A stretch of 32,000 nt of DNA, from positions 44,725 through 76,724 of the forward strand of contig CAWHPS010000035.1 of the NCBI GenBank assembly GCA_963831235.1. The letters are read 5' to 3'. Shown in pieces: positions 7,597 to 17,127 of this stretch. The position numbers and the translations under genes were made by a program. Within the stretch, counting starts at the first letter, position 1. Each line of letters opens with the position of its first letter. The notes beneath the pieces were generated by a model that made no database searches, was not told the DNA's origin, and was given only the letters and a program-made list of their open reading frames with translations. Source of the DNA: an uncultured Fibrobacterota bacterium (GTDB taxonomy: Bacteria; Fibrobacterota; OXYB2-FULL-49-7; JAEUSG01).

Positions 7597-9006
7597 ATGC
7601 CGATTTCTCGACGTGAATTTTTAAAAAAAAGCGCACAATCTTCTGCAGCCATATCGTTTGCATTTGGATTATCCGGATTCTCACCTGCAGAAGTACAAGC
7701 TGAGCCCAGCGTTCTTAACAAATGGCCGGGCCGGGCAGTAGTCAATTATAACAGGAATGCCACCACCGGTTCCTCAGGGAATCAGGAAGTCATCAAATCC
7801 ATGGTGAATGACGCCATCAAATTATTGACCGGTCAGGCAACCGTAGGTGAGGCCTGGAAAGCAATTTTTCCCGTCACGCTAACTGCAGCAAGCAAAATAG
7901 CCATCAAGGTCAACCTCCTGAACTCCAATACACCCACGCATCCCCATGTGGTCAAAGGCATTACTGACGGACTGCAGGAGATGAATATCAACGGTACGGC
8001 TTTTCCTGCCGCAAATATTACACTATATGACAATTACAGCTTCAGCAATTCCGGATACACATTATCTCTCTTTCCAGGCATATCCATGCTGCAACAGGGT
8101 GACTGGGCCTGGAAGGCGCATGGCGACGGGGCCTTTGGAGACGCCATTTATGCGGATGCCCTGTACAACGCCGATTTTCTAATAAATGTGCCAGTGCTCA
8201 AGGGCCATGGGAGCAGTGTAGGCGGCGTCACACTCGGATTTAAGAACCATTACGGGACATATACCCCAGGGTGCTATGCGGCTAACGGAGATCACCATTC
8301 CTATTTGCAGACCATCAATTGCACCGGGCCGGTATTCAATAAAACCGTCCTGACCATTGTAAGCGCAATTTTCGCCCAGCTTGAAATGGTGGGGCCGGAT
8401 GGAGTACCCCAAAACTTCCTCACATACGCCAGGACCAGGGATGCTTCCACATCAAACCCGAATCCGAATACCCTTATATTAAGCACAGATCCGGTTACGG
8501 CGGAATTTCAAGGCATTAAAATTCAAAAGATCCAGGGAGGTAAACCATATACGGTGAATGATATGCCGGACTACCTGAGGGCCTCAGCTGGAATTTCAGG
8601 AGTGTTGAGCACAACTTACAATATCGGGGAGCTGAATGAAACACAAATGGCCTGCGGTGAAATCGTCAATGGTGAGACGACAATTCCTTTGAACACATCT
8701 GTTAGCCGGAAAAAACCGAGTGCAACGCAATCAGCGGATTGGCTGCGCATTCCAGTCAATCCCTCTTCTGCTCCGGTATGCATTGAATCCCTAATCCATG
8801 ATGTCCCTACACGTAATGTAAACATTTCCATTTACACCATTCAAGGGAGGATGGTGTGGCAATTTCCACCGGTATCCATGAATCAAAATAGATTCTCCTG
8901 GGCTGGTACGGACATGGCAGGCAGGGCTCAACCAGCGGGTGAATATGTGGTCCGTGCCATAACTGAAAGAACGAGCCTGTCCAGCAGGTTCATTTTATTG
9001 CGATAA
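7597..9006 (+). CDS. TAT-signal DUF362-like protein with a C-terminal FlgD-Ig / T9SS-type sorting-like domain
   Basis: GGAGG SD at 7586-7590 and ATG at 7597. The N-terminus MPISRREFLKKSAQSSAAISFAFG is a twin-arginine signal. The core (KVNLLNS..THPHVV, VPVLKGHG, LGFKNHYG) resembles DUF362. The tail VNISIYTIQGRMVW...WAGTDMAGRAQPAGEYVVR resembles sorting/FlgD-Ig domains. The ORF-track start at 7507 lies inside the IS inverted repeat and was rejected. Confidence 0.7.
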   Translation: MPISRREFLKKSAQSSAAISFAFGLSGFSPAEVQAEPSVLNKWPGRAVVNYNRNATTGSSGNQEVIKSMVNDAIKLLTGQATVGEAWKAIFPVTLTAASKIAIKVNLLNSNTPTHPHVVKGITDGLQEMNINGTAFPAANITLYDNYSFSNSGYTLSLFPGISMLQQGDWAWKAHGDGAFGDAIYADALYNADFLINVPVLKGHGSSVGGVTLGFKNHYGTYTPGCYAANGDHHSYLQTINCTGPVFNKTVLTIVSAIFAQLEMVGPDGVPQNFLTYARTRDASTSNPNPNTLILSTDPVTAEFQGIKIQKIQGGKPYTVNDMPDYLRASAGISGVLSTTYNIGELNETQMACGEIVNGETTIPLNTSVSRKKPSATQSADWLRIPVNPSSAPVCIESLIHDVPTRNVNISIYTIQGRMVWQFPPVSMNQNRFSWAGTDMAGRAQPAGEYVVRAITERTSLSSRFILLR

Positions 9007-9057
9007 CTTCCAATGGAAATTCCATTTGATTCGGGAAGAATTCATATTTTCAATTAT

Positions 9058-12000
9058 TTACATGGTTTCTATTTCCTTTGATTCGAACCATTTGAATAGA
9101 GATGGAAGCACCAGCAAAGTCGCCATTGTAGCTGTCAGAAGACCACCAACAACAACCACGGCCAAAGGTTTTTGAATTTCCGAACCCGGACCCGTAGCAT
9201 ACAGCATAGGCAACAGGCTGAAAATGGTAATTGACGCAGTCATAAGTATGGGACGCAATCGCAAGATACAGGCCTGTGTTATTGCATGGCCGCGGGTTTG
9301 ACCATTACGCCTTAATTCCGTGATGTAAGAAATGAGAACAAGGCTGTTGAGTACGGAAACCCCGAAAAGAACAATAAACCCGACCGAGGCTGGAACGGAA
9401 AGATACAAGCCCGAAAGCTTGAGTGCAAACACCCCTCCGATAAGTGCAAACGGGAGGGTTGATAACACCAGAAATGACATGCGAATGGAATTGAATGAAA
9501 TATGAAGCAGGAGAAGGATAAGAGCAATTGCAAGCGGGGTGATAAGCAAAAACCTCTTCATGGCCTGCTGCTGGTTCTCGAATTGCCCACCCCAGGAAAG
9601 CAGATATCCTGAAGGCAAATCAACTTTTTCACGTATGCTCTTGTCCGCTTCCTTGACAAAAGAGGCAATGTCCCGACCTGCGATATTGACCTCGACTCCG
9701 ATTCGCCGGCTGCCATCTTCACGGCTGATTTGCACCGGGCCCTCGCCAACAACAATATCCGCAACCTCACGGAGAGGTATAGAGCCGCCATTATCCACCG
9801 GAATCATAAGGCTACCTATTTGTTCGGGAGAATTCCGGTACCTTGTTGCAAGTCGAACCGTCACATCTGTAAATTTATTTCCCTCCTGAATGCGGGTGAC
9901 CCTTTCTCCACCGATAGCTGTTGATACAAGCGAGAGAACGGAGCGGGCATTACATCCATATCGTGCTGTTTTTTCCCGATTCAGCTTAATTGTGATATAG
10001 GGTTGTCCACTGGTTTTCTCAACGACAATATCTGCAGTACCGCGGACTTTTGACACAACAGCACTGATTTCATCGGCTTTACTCTTCAATACATCCATAT
10101 CCGGACCGGAAAGCTTCGCAATCAACTGGGATCGCGTTCCTGACACCAATTCGTCTATCCGGCATTGAACCGGCTGGCTGAAACTGAATACCATGCCGGG
10201 AATATCAGCCAATGCGACTCGCATTTTCTCGAAAAGCTCTTCCTTTGTTTCCGCGCTGCTCCATTCCTTTTTAGGTTTTAGAATTCCCACATAACCGGTT
10301 TTGTCCACTCCACGCGCTTCAACAGCGATTCCAGTCTGTCCTGTTTTGCCTACAATAGATACAAGTTCCGGAAAACGCATAAGGCGCTTTTCGACTTCCA
10401 GAGAAATGGCTGCTGACCGTTCAAGTGAAATACCAGGCATCAGCTGAATATCCATGTCAAAAGCGCCCTCATCCATAACAGGAATGAACTCCTTGCCAAA
10501 CCTTGCGGCCGTAAATACCGCAAGGAGCAGAAGAAAAAATGAAATTGCCAGAACCCATTTGGGTCGCGCGGTACAAAACGCAAGCATCGGCAGGTAAACT
10601 TTTTTAACTGTTCTTATAATTCCGGTCTCTTCATGCTCCGACGGTTTCAAAAGCGTAAGGCAGATTGTGGGAACGACCAGGATGGAAAGAAACAACGAAG
10701 CTATCAGGGCTATGGCCACGGTCAGGGCCAGAGGGCTGAACATTTTCCCCTCCATGCCCTGAAGAGTCAGTATGGGAATAAAGGTCAGCGCAATAATTAG
10801 TTCTCCGTAAATACTGGGTTTGCGTACCTCCACTACAGCTTTGAGTACTGTGGTAATCCGTGCATTGCCTCTTTCACCTTTCAGCAGATGTCTCTGCACA
10901 TTTTCAACCTGAATAATTGTTGCATCGATAATCATACCGAGTGAAATGGCCAAACCTCCGAGCGACATCAAATTCGCGCTCATATTGAATACCTTCATGA
11001 TTACAAATGTCAGCAATATGGAAAGCGGGAGCACAAGTAAGACAGCTACTGCGCCGCGAAGGTTGCCGAGCAGGAGATAAAGCACAATAACCACAAGTAC
11101 CGCGCTTTCGATAAGGGATCGCACAACCGTCCGGATATTGTTTTTTACCATGTCGGAACGTACATAATATGGGGTGATTTGAACCCCGGCGGGAAGCAGC
11201 GTGCTTTTATTTATCTCTTCCACTTTTTTAACAACCTTTTGCACGACTTCCAGGCTGTTTTGACCTCGCAGCATGAGAACAATACCTCCAACAGCCTCAT
11301 CCTTGCCATCCCGCATAGCCAATCCCTGCCTTGGAACATGGCTCAGTGACACAGTAGCCACATCCCGGACTTGAATTGGAACGCCATCGCGGGATTTTAT
11401 TAAAATTCCATTAATATCATCAAGTGACCGCAGACTCCCTGTTCCACGAACAATCTGCTGCTCCTGTCCTGTAACAATAAATCCAGCACCGCTGTTCTGA
11501 TTGTTATCTTTCAGTGCGGACAGAAGGTCATCCATTGAAACCTGATACTGCATCATGTGGTAGGGGTCAGCTTCGATCAGATACTCCGAGACATACCCCC
11601 CAAAAGCATTTATTTCATTTACCCCTGAAACCCCCATTAAGGCAGGGGTGATTACCCAGTCCTGAAGGGTCCGAAGTTCCGTCAATTGTCGTATTTTTGC
11701 CGAATCAGAATTGACAGAAGGGGCGGTCAGAGTGTAGTGATATATTTCTCCCATTGCCGAGGCTATGGGACCCAGACGCTGTTCCACTCCATCAGGTAAT
11801 TCACCCGCTATTCCAGCAAGTCTTTCGAATACCTGTTGGCGTGCAAAATAGATGTCTGTATCATCATCAAAAACAACAATGACTACGGAAAGGCCGTATT
11901 TCGTGGTTGACCTTATACCGGTAAGTCCTGCAAGTCCACGCATGGCAATCTCAACAGGATAGGTAACCTGGCTTTCCAATTCCAGAGGAGAGAGGTTTGT

Positions 12001-12165
12001 GCTGGTGCTTAAAATTTCGACCTGGATACCGGAAACATCCGGAAATGCATCCAGTGACAATGTCCTTACAGAATAACTTCCGGCCAGAACAATGCATGCT
12101 ACAATAAAAAAGGCCAGTATTTTATTATTAAGTCCTGCCTGAATAATTTTATTCACAGGAAACAC
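9058..12165 (-). CDS. Heavy-metal efflux RND permease (CusA/CzcA family)
   Basis: 1035 aa with a 12-TM RND layout and the N-terminus LDAFPDVSGIQVEILS. The TM4 motif GGLAISLGMIIDATIIQVEN resembles the CusA pattern (A-x-G...DA...EN) rather than the CzcA DFG-DGA-VEN pattern. The true start may be the second GTG at 12156. Confidence 0.9.
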   Translation of the reverse strand: MFPVNKIIQAGLNNKILAFFIVACIVLAGSYSVRTLSLDAFPDVSGIQVEILSTSTNLSPLELESQVTYPVEIAMRGLAGLTGIRSTTKYGLSVVIVVFDDDTDIYFARQQVFERLAGIAGELPDGVEQRLGPIASAMGEIYHYTLTAPSVNSDSAKIRQLTELRTLQDWVITPALMGVSGVNEINAFGGYVSEYLIEADPYHMMQYQVSMDDLLSALKDNNQNSGAGFIVTGQEQQIVRGTGSLRSLDDINGILIKSRDGVPIQVRDVATVSLSHVPRQGLAMRDGKDEAVGGIVLMLRGQNSLEVVQKVVKKVEEINKSTLLPAGVQITPYYVRSDMVKNNIRTVVRSLIESAVLVVIVLYLLLGNLRGAVAVLLVLPLSILLTFVIMKVFNMSANLMSLGGLAISLGMIIDATIIQVENVQRHLLKGERGNARITTVLKAVVEVRKPSIYGELIIALTFIPILTLQGMEGKMFSPLALTVAIALIASLFLSILVVPTICLTLLKPSEHEETGIIRTVKKVYLPMLAFCTARPKWVLAISFFLLLLAVFTAARFGKEFIPVMDEGAFDMDIQLMPGISLERSAAISLEVEKRLMRFPELVSIVGKTGQTGIAVEARGVDKTGYVGILKPKKEWSSAETKEELFEKMRVALADIPGMVFSFSQPVQCRIDELVSGTRSQLIAKLSGPDMDVLKSKADEISAVVSKVRGTADIVVEKTSGQPYITIKLNREKTARYGCNARSVLSLVSTAIGGERVTRIQEGNKFTDVTVRLATRYRNSPEQIGSLMIPVDNGGSIPLREVADIVVGEGPVQISREDGSRRIGVEVNIAGRDIASFVKEADKSIREKVDLPSGYLLSWGGQFENQQQAMKRFLLITPLAIALILLLLHISFNSIRMSFLVLSTLPFALIGGVFALKLSGLYLSVPASVGFIVLFGVSVLNSLVLISYITELRRNGQTRGHAITQACILRLRPILMTASITIFSLLPMLYATGPGSEIQKPLAVVVVGGLLTATMATLLVLPSLFKWFESKEIETM

Positions 12166-12245
12166 CTTTCTTTAACGGGCCATCCGCTTATGTGCAGAGC
12201 CCTTTGTTTATTTTAGTGACTCAAACCCAAGACAAAACGGACAAA

Positions 12246-13250
12246 TCAGTGAGAACAGAGATCGCCTTCACCCATTGCCTGGATCGCAAATTGTGTTTTT
12301 AATTCAAATGAACCCAAAACCACCAGGGTGTCACCAACGGAAAGTCCTTTTATAATTTCTGTCTTATAAGCCCCTTTTCTGTTAATTGTGATTGGAATGG
12401 CTTTAAACTCCACGGCGGTCTCAGGTATAAAGACATGCGGCTTGCCATCCAAGAGCTGGATGGCTTCATTTGGCACAAGCAGTGCGGGATTCGGTTCTTT
12501 ATGTTGAATCCGAAGTCTCACATAAGCTCCGGGTTTCCAGATTCCCCTGGAATTGGGCAGTACCATTCGTCCTTCAAGACTGCGGGTTTGTTCATTATGA
12601 AAAGGGCTGATGTAATCAATAGTACCGGTAGCCTCATGACCATCCGTTAAACTCATGACATGAACAGTAGCACCCCTGACGGCAATTTCCGCGTCAGCTC
12701 CAAAAATGGCAATGGTCACGGCAACCCTTGAAAGATCAGCTATAACAAACAGGTCTCTACCCGCTTCAACATATTCACCTGACACAATATGTTTTTCAAT
12801 GACGATCCCATTGCGGCTGGCCAGGATTGGATAAGTGCTGAGATTCTCATTGCTTTCAATTACAGCAAGTGTGTCACCAATTCGTACTTCATCACCGATA
12901 TTCCTAGCTGATTGTTTTGCAATGCCTGAAAAACGTGCGGCGGCGTGAAGTATATTTTCCTGTACCGGACCTATTTTACCAGGCAATTCCAGCTCCCTTA
13001 CAAGATGTTCCGTTGAAGCAATGCCAAGAGTTACCTTTATCGCCTCGAGCTTTGCGGGTGTCAGGATGACACAAAGATCAGGCTCCGCTGCTTTGATTGA
13101 CCCTTCTTCGTACCCATCATGTTCCTCACTAACTAATGCATTCTCTTCTTGCCCTTCGTGCTTTTCGCTGGTACTTTTCTTTCCACCCCTGCATCCCATG
13201 GTCAAAAAAAGTGTGCCTGCCAGCACTATTGTGATTATTGTTGTCCGCAT
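12246..13250 (-). CDS. RND efflux periplasmic adaptor lipoprotein (CusB/CzcB-like)
   Basis: AAGGAG SD and a lipobox LTMGC. Barrel-sandwich/lipoyl-like segments are present (GDTLAVIES, GEYVEAGRDLFVIADLSRV). Confidence 0.85.
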   Translation of the reverse strand: MRTTIITIVLAGTLFLTMGCRGGKKSTSEKHEGQEENALVSEEHDGYEEGSIKAAEPDLCVILTPAKLEAIKVTLGIASTEHLVRELELPGKIGPVQENILHAAARFSGIAKQSARNIGDEVRIGDTLAVIESNENLSTYPILASRNGIVIEKHIVSGEYVEAGRDLFVIADLSRVAVTIAIFGADAEIAVRGATVHVMSLTDGHEATGTIDYISPFHNEQTRSLEGRMVLPNSRGIWKPGAYVRLRIQHKEPNPALLVPNEAIQLLDGKPHVFIPETAVEFKAIPITINRKGAYKTEIIKGLSVGDTLVVLGSFELKTQFAIQAMGEGDLCSH

Positions 13251-13274
13251 GATCTTTCACTCCTTCTTTGAATA

Positions 13275-14486
13275 TTATTGTTGTCCGGTAAGTTCAATGA
13301 TATCCGCTTGTACAAACCTGATTTCGGTTTCCGCATTCAAATAATCCCGCCAGGCATCCACAAGTTCGCGCTGTGCGGTGACAAGATCCACATAGCTGCT
13401 TTTGCCGGCTTCAAACAGCCTCCTTATCTCCGAAAGGACTTCAACTGTCTGGGGTATGACCTTGCCTTTCAATTCCATGGCTTTGTATTCAAGTCGATCT
13501 ATTTCGCCGAAACGCTGCATCAGCCTGGCATAAAGTTCATTTTTTTCCGCATCCGCTTTTCCGTCAGCGGCCTCTGCTTTATTCCGTGCAGCCATTACAG
13601 CATCCTTATTCCGGTTAAAAAACGGCAATTCCACCCGTGCCCCTATGGCAAACCGTTCATCATCAGCTTTTGCATTTCGGATATAACCGCCCTCTAAAGA
13701 AAAACCCGGAACACGTTCAGCTCGACTGATCGCCTCATTTGCTTTTGCTGCAGCGACTTCCGCAAAAACTGATTGCAATACGGGACTTCGCTCCAAATAA
13801 ATTTTCATGCTGTCCCGTATATGCGAGAGCTTGACGGAATGCAATTCCCCTGAAATGTCCCTTATCATGCCGGGGGCCGAACCCCACAAAGCACCAAGCA
13901 TAATAATGCTGTTTTCATACTCCCGGGAATAAGAGTTATATTCCATACGCAGGAGGGTTAAATCCTTCAGGCTGCGCAGGAGTTCAGTCTTTCCGGCACG
14001 TCCGTTTTCCACCTGTCTTTCGATGGATGTTCGTATGCTTTCGGCAAACAGAATAAGGCTGTCAATCTGCTCTAGCTGCTTCCTGCAACCCAGAGCCTTG
14101 TAAAAGCGCCTGTGCGTTTCAGCAATTACTGCAGCGCGTTTGATATAATATTCAGCATAAGCTTTAATTGAATCCGCACGGGCCATCCTGATACGCGCCC
14201 GCCTTTTTCCGCCGAGTTCCATTGGCTGGGACAGTTTAAGACTTGTTTCATCGCTTCCCATATTTTCGGTTTCAAACGCAAGCTCCGGGTTGAGGAACCT
14301 TCCGGTCTGTTTTATTTCATACTTCGCCGCATCCTTTTCCTTAAGCGCCGCCTTAATTCCGCTGTTGTATTCAAGCGTATAGATTATTGCCTTGTTTATG
14401 GTAAGCACTTCCTGCGCACAAACATGAATAGACAGCATAAGAAACAAGCCTGACACCTTTTTCTTCCATGTAAATTTAAATGCCAT
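13275..14486 (-). CDS. TolC-family outer-membrane efflux protein (CusC/CzcC-like)
   Basis: Long coiled helical repeats typical of OMF proteins. I place the start at the internal ATG 14486 (MAFKFTWKKKVSGLFLMLSIHVCAQE, a signal peptide), which has an AAGGGGA SD 5 nt upstream. The track start at 14522 has none. Confidence 0.8.
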   Translation of the reverse strand: MAFKFTWKKKVSGLFLMLSIHVCAQEVLTINKAIIYTLEYNSGIKAALKEKDAAKYEIKQTGRFLNPELAFETENMGSDETSLKLSQPMELGGKRRARIRMARADSIKAYAEYYIKRAAVIAETHRRFYKALGCRKQLEQIDSLILFAESIRTSIERQVENGRAGKTELLRSLKDLTLLRMEYNSYSREYENSIIMLGALWGSAPGMIRDISGELHSVKLSHIRDSMKIYLERSPVLQSVFAEVAAAKANEAISRAERVPGFSLEGGYIRNAKADDERFAIGARVELPFFNRNKDAVMAARNKAEAADGKADAEKNELYARLMQRFGEIDRLEYKAMELKGKVIPQTVEVLSEIRRLFEAGKSSYVDLVTAQRELVDAWRDYLNAETEIRFVQADIIELTGQQ

Positions 14487-14594
14487 AAATTCCCCTTTCA
14501 TATAGGAAATGAACCTGCCCATGATCGGACAGTAATACAGATAATCAATCGATAGTCATCAAGATTATGCGATTAATAAAATTGGAACGAATGA

Positions 14595-14969
14595 TTAGAT
14601 GCGAAGCACTTTGGGCAAATCGGGATTCAGACAGGACAAGAAGTCAATTCCGGCAATCACTTTTGCAGAATACAATGCAATTGCAGGATAGCTTATGGAA
14701 GAAGAGATCATTTGATCGCAGACAGAGTCTCTTGCATTAAAAAAAGACAAAGAATTGATTCGAACATGGGGCTCGGCTGGTTGTGAAGCATGACAATGAC
14801 ATTCACAGGTATCAGGGGATTGCTCAAACAGAGTTTCGGCTCCAGACTTATCCATTTCTTCCACCAAACAGGAAAAACAGAATGAAGTGGAATAAATTAA
14901 TGAAAATGAAATTATTAATCTGATTAACAAATTTTTCATAAGTGATATGATAAATTTAACAAATGTCAT
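14595..14969 (-). CDS. Hypothetical small, probably exported, Cys/His-motif protein leading the efflux operon
   Basis: 124-aa ORF with a hydrophobic N-terminus and the motif DTCECHCHAS. No SD and no recognisable family. Its position as first gene of the RND operon is the main support. Confidence 0.35.
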   Translation of the reverse strand: MTFVKFIISLMKNLLIRLIISFSLIYSTSFCFSCLVEEMDKSGAETLFEQSPDTCECHCHASQPAEPHVRINSLSFFNARDSVCDQMISSSISYPAIALYSAKVIAGIDFLSCLNPDLPKVLRI

Positions 14970-15037
14970 TCTTTAAGTCAAATCAACTTTTGATTATCGC
15001 GCTTTGGTTCGGGTGCATGACAGCTAATGCATAGCCC

Positions 15038-16640
15038 CTACGCGGCATTTCTCAAGAAAACCCGGTTTGCCTCCGCGAGGAACAGCATTCTTTTGTCCCA
15101 AAAAGTGTCCCATCGCTTGGTTGTCGATAATTCGGCTGCCCGTATTTGCATAACAGCCTCCACTTTATTTTCTGTCCAGAACTTATCAGAGGCTTTCACT
15201 CTTTGATTGACCTGCTTGATAAGACTCTCCACCCGACAACTCGATACCGGTAATCCCAACTTTCGGATACGTGGATAATCCATTCTGGAAGCATTTTCAT
15301 TGATATAGTGGATTGCTCTTCTCAGGATGATTCGTGGGTCACTATCGGACGCTTGCTTCGGAGGCAAACCAATTTCCGTTTGTTTTTGTGACAAAAGGTT
15401 TAATATAGGCACCACTTCACCCTTCCATGCATGAGTAATCAACGTGACATAGAAAAGCCACGCCTGCTCCTGGGACTTGACCGTGGCTTGGGCAACAGCG
15501 AATAGATGCTCAACGAGATGGACAAAGTCCAAGAGCGCTAACCAGTGACTGAAGAACATCTCATAGACCAACCAATTGCCCGTGCCCCCATCTGAGATAA
15601 ACAGTTTTTTCGGAGCTGCGTTGAGATTCAGTCTTTCAGCTTCATTCCGTACCAATGGAGCGAAACCTTTTGCATCCAACATGCTGACCACACAGCTTTT
15701 CAGCAGGATGGTGTCTTTCTTGTGCGTATGCGGTTGAGGGGGGAGTGAAACTGTATTATTGACCTTTTCTTTTTCGGTTGCTTTGGCATGCCCAGCCAAG
15801 CCCGTTACCAAGGCACGAACAGAATCTTTATCGATGAAGACTGTTGGAACCTCTGGATGTGGGTCCACCTCATGACTGTCCGCTTCCATTATCTGGAGAT
15901 GGGCGATATTGTCTGCTTTCCATTGGGGGTTGTGTACTCCGGGTAGATCGTTTTCCGCACGGGTTTGAACACGTCCACCATCGACCGAGACAACCGATGC
16001 TGGAGGGTTTTTGGGGACAACAGTTTGATCCACAAGCTGGCTATGGTCACGGACGGATAATAATTCTTTGCCAATTTTATCTGTGATTCTGGCAATTTGC
16101 CGATAACTGATGAAAATATCGCCTATCTCTGCTAAAACAGTTTCTGCCTGTTGATACGAATTGCAATTGCCACCAGCCCAACTGATTTTCTTAAGCAGAG
16201 AGGGGCTGTAATCGACACTATCAAACCCCAATAAACGACGCCAGGGGGGAAAAATCCCGCCGACATTTCTGACAGCCGAATATGGGTGCTGCAAACGGGA
16301 GTTTTCCTACTGCCGTATTAACCATCACGGATTCTTCTTTTGCTTTCTTTTCTGCGTCTTCTTTTCGCTTGCTGGGTGTATGACATTTGGGACAATCGCA
16401 TTCTTTGGCAAGCAGTACTTCGATTAACACAGGATCCATTAGAATGCTCTTTTCCAGAAGATATTCTCCAATCTCTTTGCCTAAGGCAACGACCAGTTCC
16501 TCCCTCTCTGTAATAGTCGGGAAATGCCCATCGGATTGTCGCCCTGTCTTTTGTTTGATTCGCTCCAGCATACCATCCATCATTTGAAGTAGTTCGTTCC
16601 GGATTCCGTCCCACGAATCGGTTGATGTAACCTTTGACAT
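15038..16640 (-). pseudogene. ISKra4-like DDE transposase split into two overlapping frames
   Basis: The 139-aa N-terminal ORF (CDCPKCH...CQKCRRDFSPL zinc-ribbon) and the 418-aa C-terminal ORF (RRLLGFDSVDYSPSLL, VVSVDGGRV, LFISDGGTGNW, LLDFVHLVEH) overlap at 16221-16294. The frame change sits beside the G6A5 run at 16244-16254. Confidence 0.75.
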
Positions 16641-16646
16641 TTTCTT

Positions 16647-16940
16647 TCACTCCTTTCTTGTTCTCCTTTTTGCACGATAGGACTTCAATAGCCCCTGTAT
16701 CGTTTTATGTGTGTTAGATTCAATTTCCCTGTTCATTACTTTCCATTGTTTGCAGAATGATTGGATGCTTTTGACCAGTTCTTGCGGAATATGGACGGTG
16801 TAGGTCTTTCCTGATTTCCGGTAGGATAAATAATAAGCGGAATGAAGCTCGTTATCCGTGCAGTGGCAGTTCTTTTTACCGCACTTGAAGTGGGTTTGCC
16901 CTAAGGATGCTTTGAGGTAGGGGGTTGTATCCTTTTGCAT
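16647..16940 (-). CDS. Small zinc-ribbon protein (DUF6788-like), IS accessory ORF
   Basis: 97 aa. FKCGKKNCHCTDNELHSAYYLSYRKSGKTYTVHIP matches the CGKxNCxC...GPYYxxxxxxxGKxxxxY pattern as I recall it. It lies inside the IS, upstream of the transposase. Confidence 0.6.
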   Translation of the reverse strand: MQKDTTPYLKASLGQTHFKCGKKNCHCTDNELHSAYYLSYRKSGKTYTVHIPQELVKSIQSFCKQWKVMNREIESNTHKTIQGLLKSYRAKRRTRKE

Positions 16941-17082
16941 AGCCTTATTATAATATTATAACAAGATAATGTCAAGAAATATTTTTGTTAAATTCATTAA
17001 AATCGGAAAGGCGATCGGATTTTACAGGGTACCTACATTTTTGACTACATTAGCTGTCATGCACCCCTTTGGTTCGTTCTGC

Positions 17083-17127
17083 TTGAAAATAAGATTGTGA
17101 TAATTTATATTTCGTTAAATGACGAAA
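17083..17127 (+). promoter_or_regulatory. Candidate arsR promoter (TTGAAA-N17-TATATT) with an overlapping inverted-repeat operator
   Basis: -35 TTGAAA at 17083-17088 and -10 TATATT at 17106-17111. The inverted repeat TTTCGT-N6-ACGAAA at 17110-17127 spans the -10 element and the arsR ATG (17119). There is no SD before that ATG. Confidence 0.4.

Larger units (their letters stand above)
15011..17066 (-). mobile_element. ISKra4-like insertion sequence (2056 bp)
   Basis: Perfect 19-bp terminal inverted repeats: GGGTGCATGACAGCTAATG at 15011-15029 and its reverse complement at 17048-17066. Perfect 9-bp direct repeats CTTTGGTTC flank it at 15002-15010 and 17067-17075. The family call rests on the transposase motifs and the 9-bp TSD and is tentative. 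Confidence 0.8.

Noticed and set aside
5960-17066. ISL3 and ISKra4-like elements forming a composite transposon around the DUF362 and efflux genes
   Set aside because: The two elements are unrelated, with different IRs and transposases. Each has its own perfect target-site duplication, which indicates independent simple insertions.
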